From a virus (Duplodnaviria > Caudoviricetes): a DNA stretch of 64,000 nt. The stretch is taken from the IMG/VR virus record IMGVR_UViG_3300028048_000047, positions 96,001 through 160,000 of that record; one strand, written 5' to 3'. Position numbers and translations under genes: made by a program. Below, one piece after another: positions 11,039-22,735 of the stretch. The number at the start of each line of letters is the position of its first letter. The stretch's first letter is position 1. Below the pieces are notes generated by a model, which was not told the origin of the DNA, ran no database searches, and saw only the letters and a program-made list of their open reading frames with translations.

Positions 11039-11410
11039 TTGGTTGAAAAAAGATTTGAAAAAAATTCTACTTATTATGGTGGATTAGCTACTAATTATTA
11101 TGATATATAGGATAATGAAGAGAATAAAACTTTAACAATTGATGAAGCAATTGAAAAACTGAATAAATTAGTAAATGAAGTTGTTATGGACACAAGTTTT
11201 AAAAAAATTAAGGATAACCGAATATTAAATGAATGTATAATTGAATTAATGGGTGAAAGTTATCAAACAAGAGTGTTGGGTTATCTTGAAGATGAAATTT
11301 GTATTAATAAATCTGGTCAAGCAAAGTTTAATGATACTTTAAATAAGTATGGGATTAAACAGATAAATACTCATGGTTTTAAGGAGTATTGGATGGAAGA
11401 TAAAATATAA
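11039..11410 (+). pseudogene. MVEKRF-headed ORF interrupted by an in-frame TAG at 11108-11110
   Basis: TTG start, frame continuous with ORF 11186..11410; DI*DNE matches the WDNE seen in paralogs. Confidence 0.65.
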
Positions 11411-12101
11411 ATTGATGATTAATGATGGTGTTTTGTATGAATTTAAGGAATGTAAAACGGTTTAATGTAGCATATGAAGTGGGTAAAGGGTTATCAGAAG
11501 AAGAATTAGTTAAAAAATTAGAAAGTGAAATGATTCCTATTAAAATAGTTGATAATTTTGATGAGATGCTTCCATTATATATCTGTAATAAAGATGTAGG
11601 TAGATTATATGTAAATTATATGAATAACACCATTCCAATAAAAAATATAGATAAAATTGAAAAAGAATTGGAATATATTAAAACAAGATTGTTGAAATTG
11701 GAAGATATATATTATCTTATGAAAAATGAAGTTAATTATGAAACCTTCAAAGAAGAAATGTTCATAAAAGGATGTAATGATACATTTAATCAAACAATCC
11801 ACGGTATGTTTAATGATATTGAGAATATTGTAAGTATTCTTCATGAAGGAGAAAATATTGATAAAAAGGAGGTTTAATTTATGAGTTTTGAAGAAACGCA
11901 CCCATTAAAAAGTATTGATGTTGAAATTAAGCAATTACGGAAATTTTATGAAGATTTTGTTATTTTTGATGGAATATGTCCACATAGGTATGATGATTTT
12001 AAAGAATTAAGGGATAGTTTAGATATTCTTAGGAGTGAATTTTCTGTTTTGTGGAGTCAAATTTTAATAGATAATGAAAATTTAGAAGAAGAGTTGGTGG
12101 A

Positions 12102-12326
12102 TTGATGTATTTGGTTTTTAGGTGTGATTGTGGTAGGGTGTTATATGCACATGAAGGAAATAAAACAAGGAAGTGTAGTAAATGTAATAAAACATTGAAG
12201 GTAAGTAATCGTAGAATTCTTGCGAAAAGTGATAATATTGATGAAGTAAGGTTGTATATTCAAAAATTACAGAATGAGATATATCATAATACTGGTTTTA
12301 TAAAAGCAAGTGAATTAAAAAAATAG
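12102..12326 (+). CDS. DUF1922 (MTH1184-like) Zn-ribbon protein
   Basis: MYLVFRCDCGRVLY..TRKC.C..V..RRIL..LQ.E.Y closely resembles Methanothermobacter MTH1184. Confidence 0.8.
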   Translation: MMYLVFRCDCGRVLYAHEGNKTRKCSKCNKTLKVSNRRILAKSDNIDEVRLYIQKLQNEIYHNTGFIKASELKK

Positions 12327-12358
12327 TAGTTTATGTGGTTGTAATTGGTTTATGAGTT

Positions 12359-12628
12359 ATGGTGATAATTATGGAGGTTATAGGAATATTTGTAATAGGT
12401 TTACTTTCATTTTTTTGTGGGATGTACATAGCAAAAGGTTTGGATAATAATCATAGAGAATTGTTTCAGGCATATATGGATGAACAATTGAAATTAAGTA
12501 TGGAGAAGCAACAAGTTTTTGATGCGTATAATCAATTGTTACTGAGTATGGAGAATAGTGATTTAATTGAAGATTGGATAGTGGATTGTAGGGGATATAA
12601 AATAGGAGTTATTTTTAAGAAAAGGTAA
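12359..12628 (+). CDS. small membrane-anchored protein
   Basis: N-terminal hydrophobic helix. Confidence 0.55.
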   Translation: MVIIMEVIGIFVIGLLSFFCGMYIAKGLDNNHRELFQAYMDEQLKLSMEKQQVFDAYNQLLLSMENSDLIEDWIVDCRGYKIGVIFKKR

Positions 12629-12686
12629 ATTTGAGTAATTTTTATGATGTTATATTATATTTTTCAATTATATAATAAATTTAAAA

Positions 12687-12701
12687 CGAAAGATTTAAAT
12701 A
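12687..12701 (+). promoter_or_regulatory. archaeal BRE-TATA promoter (CGAAA-GA-TTTAAATA)
   Basis: BRE+TATA in an intergenic gap upstream of 12751; near-identical to 25293 and 36541. Confidence 0.7.
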
Positions 12702-12750
12702 TTATTATATACTAATTATTATATATAACATAGAGGAGTGGGTAATTAAA

Positions 12751-13707
12751 ATGACAAACACAGGAATACTAAACTTAAACAAAAGATTAAATAAAAATAT
12801 TAAAAAAGGATACAGGTATGAATATAAATACATACAAAACCACAATAAACGAACTTTATCAAGTGTTAATTTAGAAAAATTAATAAATGAAATAATAAAA
12901 CAAAAATTACCTTATGAAATAGTAGATGAAGAATTATATGAACAAACACTAAAACAAGAACAAGAAGATAATAAAAAATATGATATTCCATCATTCAAAA
13001 AACAAAAAAATAATACTGGAATAAAATATGTTATAAAAATTAAATGTGATGCTTGTAACAAAAAGTATCGTTATCTATATTCATATCATGGTATAAGAAT
13101 GAGTGGTATACTACTTGAAGACTTAAAAACTAAAATATTATCACAAAGATTACCTTATGAAATAGTAGATGAAGAATTATATGAACAAACACTAAAACAA
13201 GAACAAGAAGATAATAAAAAATATCATCCAAGAAAACCAACAAATACAGGAGTACAACATTTATCCAAAACAAAAACGAAAAAAACAAAAAAACAATATA
13301 AATATGTTTATATATACATCAATGATGAAGGAATAAAGAAAACTATAAATAGTGTTAATATCCATGAAGTTCACGATAAAATAATTAAAAAAGGATTACC
13401 TTGGAATATAATAAACAAAGAGTTATATGAACAAACACTAAAACAAGAACAAGAAGATAACAGTTCAATATCTAAAAGAATATTCCAAACAAACACAGGA
13501 ATACAATATATGTCCAAACATAAAAACAAACAATATAAAAAAGGATACAACTTTGTATATAAATACACAGATGAAAATAATAAAAAAAGAACATTAACCA
13601 GTATAAATTTAAAACAATTAAAAGAAAAAGTTCTATCAAAAAATATGGAATGGAATGTAATAAATCAAGAATTATACAATAAAATATTAAATGAGGAAGG
13701 GATTTAA
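12751..13707 (+). CDS. four-repeat basic protein, putative DNA-binding
   Basis: 4x NTG(I/V)...Y.Y.Y...SVN...LP(Y/W).I..ELY; single-copy paralog at 31430. Confidence 0.7.
   Translation: MTNTGILNLNKRLNKNIKKGYRYEYKYIQNHNKRTLSSVNLEKLINEIIKQKLPYEIVDEELYEQTLKQEQEDNKKYDIPSFKKQKNNTGIKYVIKIKCDACNKKYRYLYSYHGIRMSGILLEDLKTKILSQRLPYEIVDEELYEQTLKQEQEDNKKYHPRKPTNTGVQHLSKTKTKKTKKQYKYVYIYINDEGIKKTINSVNIHEVHDKIIKKGLPWNIINKELYEQTLKQEQEDNSSISKRIFQTNTGIQYMSKHKNKQYKKGYNFVYKYTDENNKKRTLTSINLKQLKEKVLSKNMEWNVINQELYNKILNEEGI
12906..13224 (+). repeat. exact 76-bp intragenic direct repeat (12906-12981, 13149-13224; partial third copy 13423-13460)
   Basis: Read directly. Confidence 0.9.
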
Positions 13708-13965
13708 TTGCCAACTGTGTATAAAAAACTTGAACAAGATGATGAAATAAAAATTTTAAGAAATCTTAATATACTCACATGGACAGGATATTCAACTGAA
13801 AGAAAAATAATAGTATCAATTAAAAACAATGAGGATAACAGAAGACATCAATTAATAGAATATAAATTCACTAACAGATATCAATATAAACAGTTTAGGG
13901 ATAAACTTAAAAAAATAGTAAATTAATAAACAAATTTTTAAAAAAATTGACGATTAATTGAATTA

Positions 13966-14253
13966 ATGAATGGGGATAATAAAATGACTTGTGGGGAATG
14001 TAACTTCTCAGAGATAGATATGGACTCATTAAAAATAATATGTGAAAAAACAATGAAAGAAGTAGATTTAAATAAAAAGAAATGTGAAAACTTTAATTTA
14101 AGAGAAGATTTGTTAAAGGAAAGAGCTTGTTGTGGAGTATGTGAATATATGTTAATGGACGAATTTTGTGTATTTCATGATACATATACCATTCACACAA
14201 AATTATGTGATGATTTTGAGGCTTGTGAAGAATACATAAAAGGACAAATTTAA
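13966..14253 (+). CDS. Cys-rich small protein
   Basis: Two CxxC..C..C modules. Confidence 0.6.
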   Translation: MNGDNKMTCGECNFSEIDMDSLKIICEKTMKEVDLNKKKCENFNLREDLLKERACCGVCEYMLMDEFCVFHDTYTIHTKLCDDFEACEEYIKGQI

Positions 14254-14272
14254 ATAAAATGGAGGAGTTAAT

Positions 14273-15217
14273 ATTTTTAAAAAAATTGGATTATATAATC
14301 TTGAACCAAAAATTAATAATAGTGCAATGATGCAAGTAAGTTATTATCATAAAAAGCAAATGGATAAAGTAGAATTATATAATTCAAAGAAACATGATTC
14401 ATATGATAAGATATATGCGTTTAGTTTATTTGATTTTACTCCAAAAGATAAAGTAACTGATGATATGATATGTGGGGGTACTGGTTTTGATGTAAAATCA
14501 AGATTACCTACGGAGATAGAAGAATGTGATTTAGATTATAGCATATGTCCACAATGTGATTATAGTATAATATGGTTCAGTAGAGGTTGTATTAGAAATT
14601 GTCCGTTTTGTGTTGTTCGTGAAAAAGAAGGGAAAATACATCCAGTAAAACCAAAAAATTTAAATCCAAAAGGAAAATATGTTAAAGTTATGGACAATAA
14701 TTTTTTTGCAAATCCAAAATGGCGAGAAGCCGTGGATATGTTAAGAGTAAATAATTATAAAGTGGATATGCAAGGATTTGATATAAGAATATTTAATGAA
14801 GAACAAGGAGAAGCATTGACAAAATTAAAACATTACAAACAATTCAAATTTGCTTGGGATAATCCAAAAGATGACATTGATGATAAAATAGAATTATTAT
14901 TGAATTATATGAAACCATATAAATTAATGTGTTATATTTTAATTGGTTTTTGGAGTAATCCTGATGAAGATTTGTATCGTGTGGAACATTTAAAGGAAGA
15001 ATATAAAATACAACCATATGTAATGCCTTATAATCCTTTGGACGAATATCAAAGACAATTCAGGAATTATGTGAATAATAAAAAAGTATTTCATAAAGTA
15101 TCTTGGAAAGAATATTTACAGTATCATAAAGATTTGTATACAAAAAGGTTGAAAGGAGTGAATGATGTGATGGAATATTTAAAAAATAATAAATCATCTC
15201 AAAAAAAATTAATATAA
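14273..15217 (+). CDS. radical SAM protein (probable upstream ATT start; first ATG at 14327)
   Basis: SRGCIRNCPFCVV..KEG (CxxxCxxC), GGTG, DNNFFA; frame open upstream as IFKKIGLYNLEPKINNSAMM behind SD GGAGGAG. Confidence 0.85.
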   Translation: MFKKIGLYNLEPKINNSAMMQVSYYHKKQMDKVELYNSKKHDSYDKIYAFSLFDFTPKDKVTDDMICGGTGFDVKSRLPTEIEECDLDYSICPQCDYSIIWFSRGCIRNCPFCVVREKEGKIHPVKPKNLNPKGKYVKVMDNNFFANPKWREAVDMLRVNNYKVDMQGFDIRIFNEEQGEALTKLKHYKQFKFAWDNPKDDIDDKIELLLNYMKPYKLMCYILIGFWSNPDEDLYRVEHLKEEYKIQPYVMPYNPLDEYQRQFRNYVNNKKVFHKVSWKEYLQYHKDLYTKRLKGVNDVMEYLKNNKSSQKKLI

Positions 15218-16167
15218 AAGTCCATGTGGTTTTTATATTTTTAGGAGAAGTGATATTTTTGATTAAAGGACAAACTTTACATGATTATCATAATCATGTG
15301 CTTAAAATAATAATGAGAGTTATAAATAGAGAAGAAATGTTAAAGAATGAGTCAGAACAAATTATCAGTTTTTTAAAAGAGTGTGATTTAGTTAAACATG
15401 ATGTGGAATTATTATATGAACTTCGTCAAATGATAATTGATGATTGGGAAAATAGTAATTATAGTAAAGTAAGAAAATAAAAGATAATATTTTTGAATGG
15501 AGGTTTTTTTTATGAAATTATATATATTAACTGATGAATATGATGTGATAAGGGGAATTACAACAAGTCGAAAACATAAAGAAAGAATTGAAGAAGAATA
15601 CACAAGATTATGGGAATTAGAAGAGGAATATGGTTATGAAAATAGGTGTAGTAATTTAACTTGTGATACTTATAATTTAGGAGAATAATTATGTCCATTT
15701 TTCATAAGGATTATGGTGGACGAACCAACACGGATATTTGAAATTATTAATGAAGATTCTGATGAATTGGATTTTATAGTTAAGTATAATGATTTGATAA
15801 TTAAAAAAATTGGTCGAGGAAAATTAAGAGAATTTAGTTATATGTATAATAAGTAACTTAGCAAAAGGAAGGATTTGAAAAATATGAAAGTTAAAGAAAC
15901 AGTACAAAAACAAGATTACCCATCAAGAGAACAATCGTTAAATTCATGCGAAACGATGCTAAATTATATTATAAATAACAACTTATTTATTGAACAAATT
16001 GATTTCATATATAAAATATTAATATATGCCCAACTATTTAATCAAGAACAATATAGTAAAAGATTATATGAAAAATTCAATAAGAATATTGAAATGCCTT
16101 TTTACAAATTTATAATAGAAGAAAAAATGAGGAAGGAATTCCAACAATTTCTACGAGATTTTAAAAG

Positions 16168-16614
16168 GTGATAAAAATGATTAAGAACAGATTCCAAAAT
16201 AGTGATATGTGGATTCAAGATAGGAGTTGGAGTGGTGGAACATATTTTCTTGATGAACCAAGTGATGTCACTGCTTTATGTACATTATTAAATAGATTGG
16301 ACAATAAGATTATTCAATTGGAAGAACAAACAAATAAACTTGAAGAAGATTTGGATTATTATAAAAGTAGAATGATAAAGGGTGAACGATTTTTTATTAA
16401 TAACAGACAGATATGTGATAGTATGGGGTTCATTGAACCAATTCAAATTAATTCAACATATCATGGGGTTCAAGTTAAAAACTTATTAAACAAAAACTGG
16501 GAACAATTTAATGAACAAAAATGTTTAATACAAAGATTAAGTAATCAAAACAAAAAATTACTTAAAATTAATAAAGAGCTAAATAGGAGAATTGGAGAAG
16601 TTAAACATGGATAA
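16168..16614 (+). CDS. array-family protein with two tandem modules
   Basis: KNRF..LLNRLD..LEEDLDYYK..ERF..LLNK. Confidence 0.6.
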   Translation: MIKMIKNRFQNSDMWIQDRSWSGGTYFLDEPSDVTALCTLLNRLDNKIIQLEEQTNKLEEDLDYYKSRMIKGERFFINNRQICDSMGFIEPIQINSTYHGVQVKNLLNKNWEQFNEQKCLIQRLSNQNKKLLKINKELNRRIGEVKHG

Positions 16615-17001
16615 AAAACATTGTGTACTTTGTGGGGGAAAAATTGGATTTCATTATTATACACTACCATTTGGATTTATTTGTTATGACTGTGGAAAAA
16701 AAATAATTGAACATTTACAAGTTGTGATTGAAAATGAATAAAAAAAAGGAGAGATGTGAATTAATTGAAGGAGGGTGGATAGGTGATGAAAAAGAACAAC
16801 ACTTTTCAATAATCTTTTATGACATTCACAAAAACCGTAAACATTTTTTTAGTTTTAAAGGAATAGGAAAATATAGTAAACATAATGAAAAAGAGTTACA
16901 TAACTTAACTGAATTAATTAATAAAGTATTAGCTGAAAATGAACAGTTAAAAAATGAAAGAGATATTGAAAATGGAATGAGAAATCTTTGAGTGGAATTG
17001 T

Positions 17002-17271
17002 ATGAGTAAAAAAAGATTTAGAACGGGTAACGGAATTTTTAAAGGAGATTATTTTTCAGAAGCAATAATTGATGAAAAAACTGGTGAAAGATATTATGAT
17101 GGAATAAAACCAAATTATGTGAGTTCAAAAGAAGTGTGTGAGTTATTAAATAATTATGAAAATAATTTAAATAACAAATATTTTAATATTGAAAATAGAA
17201 TCTCTAAAATGGAAGAGAAACTACAAGAAATAGAGTATTATTTTAAAAAATATCAAAAAGATATAAACTGA
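17002..17271 (+). CDS. array-family protein (MSKKRF)
   Basis: head + IIDEKTG + CELLN. Confidence 0.7.
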   Translation: MSKKRFRTGNGIFKGDYFSEAIIDEKTGERYYDGIKPNYVSSKEVCELLNNYENNLNNKYFNIENRISKMEEKLQEIEYYFKKYQKDIN

Positions 17272-17507
17272 AATTTGTTTTAATTGTTTAAATGGGAACA
17301 AAAAGGAAGGTGATTAAACATGATTGAAAATAGAGGATACCCTAAAACTACTGGGTATCTTAAAAAATCACATCATAAAAGTTTACAATCTGAAATTATT
17401 GATGGTAAGTGGATAAATAATAAAATAGAAGAATTACGAAGATTAGGATATTCTGATGAATATATTAATCAAGAATTAGGACATTTAGTTAATTGGAGGA
17501 TTTAAAA

Positions 17508-17816
17508 ATGAGTGAAAATAAACGATTTATAGGTTCAAGTGGAGGGGTCTATGACCAATATAAAAGTGATAGATTTGCTTGGTCTGAATGGGAAGAAATT
17601 ATTCAAATAATGAATAATTTAAATGAAAAAGCAATAGAAAGAAGTAAAGCATTATCTAAACTACAAAAAGTGAATGAAAAGTTAAAATCAAGGAATGGTA
17701 ATCTATTAGAAACATTAGCATTCCGTAGTAATCAGTTAGTATTATTAGAAGAATTAATTGATGATTTAGGTAGTGAAGAGATGGTAAAGCAGATGGGGGA
17801 GATTTTGAATGGGTGA
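17508..17816 (+). CDS. array-family protein (MSENKRF)
   Basis: head + NEKLK. Confidence 0.7.
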   Translation: MSENKRFIGSSGGVYDQYKSDRFAWSEWEEIIQIMNNLNEKAIERSKALSKLQKVNEKLKSRNGNLLETLAFRSNQLVLLEELIDDLGSEEMVKQMGEILNG

Positions 17817-17968
17817 AACACAATTAAAAAAGTTTAGAGTTGAAAAAAGTAGTAGAATAAATGCTTTTTGCGTTACAAATGATAGGTATTCAGTAGTATT
17901 ATTAAAAGAGAATGAAGCGGGTGCTGTTTGTAACATGCTAAATAGAATGATAAAGGAGTTGGAATGAA

Positions 17969-18265
17969 ATGAATTCAAAGAGATATAAAGTGTACTCAGA
18001 TAGTTATAGTGCTGATATTGTTGATGAGATTACAGGTAATAATTATAATCAAATAACTGATATTGAAGATATATGTGATTTGTTAAACAACCAATATGAA
18101 CTGATTGAAAGAGTAAAAAAAGTAATGAAAGAGCATTATAATAACTCAAAAAAGGATTATGAACGAGCAGTTAAAGGAGGTATGCCATCATCAATATTAT
18201 ATGATGAAATGAGTCAAATTGAAGATATTATGAATGAAATTGGATTAGAATTAATTGGGGAATGA
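17969..18265 (+). CDS. array-family protein (MNSKRY)
   Basis: IVDEITG + CDLLN. Confidence 0.7.
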   Translation: MNSKRYKVYSDSYSADIVDEITGNNYNQITDIEDICDLLNNQYELIERVKKVMKEHYNNSKKDYERAVKGGMPSSILYDEMSQIEDIMNEIGLELIGE

Positions 18266-18345
18266 TAAAAATAGTAAATTTTATATTTCTCCAAAGATTT
18301 ATCATAAAATTTGATGATAAAATAAAAAAGATGGAGTGAATTGAA

Positions 18346-18708
18346 ATGAGTATAAAGCGATTTGAGAATAGATTAGATAAATCTAATATTAAATTTAATA
18401 CACAAAATCCTGTATGGGATAATGAGAAAAAAGATGCTTTGAATGTGTTTAAAATGATTGATTTATTGAATGAATTATATGATGTGAATAAAAAGTTGGA
18501 AAATGATTTAACTGATTGTAAGAAGCTTAAAGGGAAGAGATTGAATAAAATTAGAAATCATCGTGCAGTTATTGAGGATTTAGGAGGTGCAATCCGAACA
18601 TATAAAGGACAAATTTCTCAGTTGAATGAAAAAATTGATAAAATAAAAGGAGTAATAGATGATGATGGTGTTTTAACGAAAAGGGAATTAAATGATATTT
18701 TGCGTTGA
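18346..18708 (+). CDS. array-family protein (MSIKRF)
   Basis: WDNE + DLLNEL. Confidence 0.7.
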   Translation: MSIKRFENRLDKSNIKFNTQNPVWDNEKKDALNVFKMIDLLNELYDVNKKLENDLTDCKKLKGKRLNKIRNHRAVIEDLGGAIRTYKGQISQLNEKIDKIKGVIDDDGVLTKRELNDILR

Positions 18709-18740
18709 TTTGTTTATTCTTCAAAAAATATGATATTGGT

Positions 18741-18756
18741 TAGTAAAGTTTATATA
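18741..18756 (+). promoter_or_regulatory. archaeal promoter (TAGTAAAG-TTTATATA)
   Basis: TATA in the gap before 18792. Confidence 0.6.
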
Positions 18757-18791
18757 GTATCATAGATAATACATTATTATGAGGTGAATAC

Positions 18792-19103
18792 ATGGTATCT
18801 AAAAAAAGATTTAAGATGGAAACAATTGGAAATACAATGTTACCATTTATTGTTGATATTACTACTGCAAAAATGAAATCAAATACAATAACTACTTATC
18901 ATACATATGAAACACATAGAAAAGAAAAATGTTTAGAATTAGTTGATTTGTTAAATGAGCAACATGAAACAATCCAAAAATTAGAAGAATATTCGCAAAG
19001 GATAAATGAAACACTTCAATCATTTTCAAAAAGAGATTTAACAGATATTGAAAGAATATTTTTAAATAATCTTTGTAAGGAAATAGGTGTTGATTTAGAA
19101 TGA
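18792..19103 (+). CDS. array-family protein (MVSKKRF)
   Basis: head + VDLLNE. Confidence 0.7.
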   Translation: MVSKKRFKMETIGNTMLPFIVDITTAKMKSNTITTYHTYETHRKEKCLELVDLLNEQHETIQKLEEYSQRINETLQSFSKRDLTDIERIFLNNLCKEIGVDLE

Positions 19104-19297
19104 CTAAAAAACAACAGAATAAATTAAAAATATATTTAATATGGGAACGCCACAATGGTGTTGAGCGAAGGTTGAAAACTGGTTATATGGATAAGAAGTC
19201 TGCTTATAAGAAAGTAGAAGTCTGGAATAATCGGGAGAAGAAAGAAGATTGTGGGCATAGGTATTATGTTCGTGAATTTGAAGTGTATAAGAATTAA
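19100..19297 (+). CDS. hypothetical protein, paralog of 42829..42987
   Basis: YLI.E.HNGVE.RL.TGY..AYKKVE.WNNREK shared. Confidence 0.7.
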   Translation: MTKKQQNKLKIYLIWERHNGVERRLKTGYMDKKSAYKKVEVWNNREKKEDCGHRYYVREFEVYKN

Positions 19298-19319
19298 TTA
19301 AAAAATGGAGGAGTAGTAA

Positions 19320-19604
19320 ATGACTGAAAAAAGAATGGTGGATTGTTTGAGATATACTGGTGGGGCAAAATGTCATTTTACTGGTGAATTTTGTAATGAT
19401 GAGTATGCACAAACTTGTGAAGATTATAAGTCAGAAGATGGATTGTATGAGTGTCCCTATTGTAATTTGAAAGGATTAAAATTATTAGATTATGGGTCTG
19501 ATAATGTATGGGAATGCTTACGGTGTGGGGCAGAATTATGGTTTTGTGAAAGTGTCGGTGAGATGCAACAAAGATGTAGGGAAATTAGAGAAAAGAGAGA
19601 GTGA
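19320..19604 (+). CDS. MTEKR-headed Zn-ribbon protein
   Basis: CPYC..WECLRCG. Confidence 0.7.
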   Translation: MTEKRMVDCLRYTGGAKCHFTGEFCNDEYAQTCEDYKSEDGLYECPYCNLKGLKLLDYGSDNVWECLRCGAELWFCESVGEMQQRCREIREKRE

Positions 19605-22600
19605 ATTCTTATGGGAGGATAAGAAAATTTAAGATGGGGGTGATGGATGTTATTGGTTTTATTGTATTTGTATTAGTAGTAGTGTTCTTGCTTTTGATGG
19701 TGTTTGTGTTGGTAAGGGATATGTTCTTCCAGTAAAAAAATAAATATATGAATGGTGGTGTTATTAATGGATTTATTGTTTGATATGTTGAATAAACGGC
19801 AAGAGTTTGTTCAATCAAAAATAGAATATCTTAATAGTATTAATGATTTTTATAATAATACTATTAAGGACTTGAAATTGCATTTTAGGGGTAATAGATT
19901 ATATTTGACTTTTAATTCTTGGGAAGAGATACCATCTACTATGACTATGGATTTTTGTAATGAGTTTGGTTATCTTGCACCGACTTGTATTTATAATGAT
20001 GCTTATGGATTGATAATTAGAACTTATAAATTTATTAAGATATTAAATTAAAAATAAATATTGTGGTGGTGATGTGATGTTGGAATTTCCACATAAATTA
20101 AATATTAATAATAAAGGTATAGTTAAACGGTATAATACTGTTGAGAAAGGTGAGTCTAATTGGTGGTGGGTTTGGTATGATGGTGATTATCTACCTACAT
20201 CAACTGTTGTTCATAAATTAAATGATTTAACTGATGAGAATATTAAGTTACAAGCAGAGAATGAAGTGTTAAAATCAAGAATAAAAGAATTGACTTCACA
20301 GTTAACTGAAACTGGAAAAAGGGAGTAACTGATAAAAATGAATGGTCGGAGTTATAATAAGTTTATGATAATTTTATTGTTATTACTAATTATAGGTCGG
20401 ATAATATTATCTTATTTCAATATTAATTGGGTGAGAACTGTTAGTGCTTATGATTTTATAATAATTGTAATATTATTTTTTAACTGTGGTGTGTATTTTT
20501 CAATGGATTTCATCGATTAAGTAAAAAAAAGAATGGGTGAAAGAAAATAATGAATGGTGGTGAAAAAATTGGTTAATTCTATTGATGTTCCAGTTCTTAA
20601 AGTTGATAATATACCTGAAGAAGCATTAGATGAGATATATGAATTTCATGAAAAAATTAATAAAAAATATGAAGGTTATCGTATAGATAATGATTTAAAA
20701 ATGCAGTTAAATCAAGATGTTATTTTATTTAACCGTAAGATACAAGTAAAATATGATGATTGGCTTAAACCTACTGTGAAATTAATTGGAAATCTTGCGT
20801 ATCATAATGTAGAATGGGTATTGTCTGATGTATTACATGAGCATGAAAAATATTGTAATGAAAAACACGAAATAAAAAAACAATATACTCGAATTGAAGT
20901 TAATAATATGTTATTTGATTTACAGATAATTGATAGAATTCGTAATTATTCTTGTGTTGCATTACCTTATAGTTGTACAGAAGAATATAATAATAAGATA
21001 TTTCCACATGATGAAAACATAGAAGTGGAATGTAGATATTAATAAAAATGATGGGGGTTTTGAATTTGTTTGAAAATAAAAGATTTATTGGTAAGTATGA
21101 ATGGCCTGAAACAAAAGAGAATATGTTAATGGGGTTATGTCCTATGAATTATCATAATATATCAGATAATGATTGGAGTTTTGGAGATGCAGAAAAATTA
21201 CATGCACAAGGTTATCATGAAGAAGCTAAACAAGTAAATGAAATACTTGGAGATAGATTAATTAAATGGACAAAAGCCCATGAAGAAGAGTTTGAATTAT
21301 ACTATACATATGACACAATAATAATTCAGACAGAAAATATTTTAGAATGGAATGAAGAATTACATGATGAACTATGTGATGAGTTCAATGTAATATTATT
21401 GGAACACAATAAATTGAAAACATACCAACATGATAATTTTAAATTGAAATACAGTTATATTTACATAGCATGGATAGATACTAATCGTATTCATGAACTT
21501 GAAAAAACCAAGAAGAAGTATAATCTTAACTGGAATGAAATTAAATTTTAAAGGATGGATGGTATTATAGACAATAAAGGATTTAAGTTAAAATTATGCT
21601 TAAATAAATTAATGAAAGAGAATGAAGAGTTAAAAAAAAGAAATGATAATTTAACTGTGGAAATTAATGAGTTAAAAAATCAAGTTATTAAATTATATGA
21701 ATTCTTAACTTCAAATGGTTATGAAAATGATGAGTTTAATGTTTGGTTTATAAATGAAAAAATTAATAGATATATTCATGATAATACTATTGAAGTTGAT
21801 GAATTACCATTATATGGTAATGAAATGTTAATTTATCAATTACCTAACAAATTACAATATATCTATTTTAAAAAAAAATGGGAATGTATTGGTGAATTGG
21901 AAGATTAAATGATATTAATGAAAAAGGAGTAGTGATGGAAATGAGTATTAATAATTTTTGGGGTGACCATGTAAGTGGAAGAATTATAGAATTAACAGAT
22001 ATTATTTGGGAAGATAATTCTGAAATATGTATTCGTGAATTACCTTTACAAGAAAATGGTAAATATGGGTCACCCCAATTATTATTATCAGAAAAACCAT
22101 CTGATGACTGTTTAGAGAAACTTCGTGAAATGTATCGTATACGATTTTTTAAAAATGATGATGTTAATGATGATTATAAATATTTAATGACTGTGGAAAC
22201 TTTACGATTTAGTTTTGAAGAAGATTGGCATTGGAATGGTGTAAGAAACGATAAGATACAATCATTATCCAAAGAAATATTGAATAATCAATGGGATTTT
22301 GATGGGTATTTTTATATTACTGATGAATTAAATAGTTATCGTAAACTTGCAGTAATACCATTTAAACAAAGTACTGACCTTGATAGTGGATTTAATTTAG
22401 AGAGAAGTCAAGCATTAACATTAGTTAAAAATATTGTGAAAAAATTGAATGATGGGGAATTTATAGTATAAAAAAACAGTTGGACTGTATTAAGGATAGT
22501 ATAAAAAAAATATGGGACGATAAAATGATTGGTGAGTTAATAAGTTTATTAATATTTTGTGTTACATTTGTGCTTACATTCTCATTATTAAGTCATATAG

Positions 22601-22735
22601 AGCATTTAATGTGGAAGGATTGGTTTTACGGGAAAAATAGTTGGTGGAACATACTCTATAAAAATAGATAATAAAAAAATGGTACGGGACAGATATTGGA
22701 AGCATTTTTAAGGCATTTGATAAGGAAGTGGAAGA

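Noticed and set aside
11108-11110. TAG reassignment or pyrrolysine recoding
   Set aside because: TAG terminates other genes at sensible positions (1330, 12326, 62188); no pyl genes or suppressor tRNA seen
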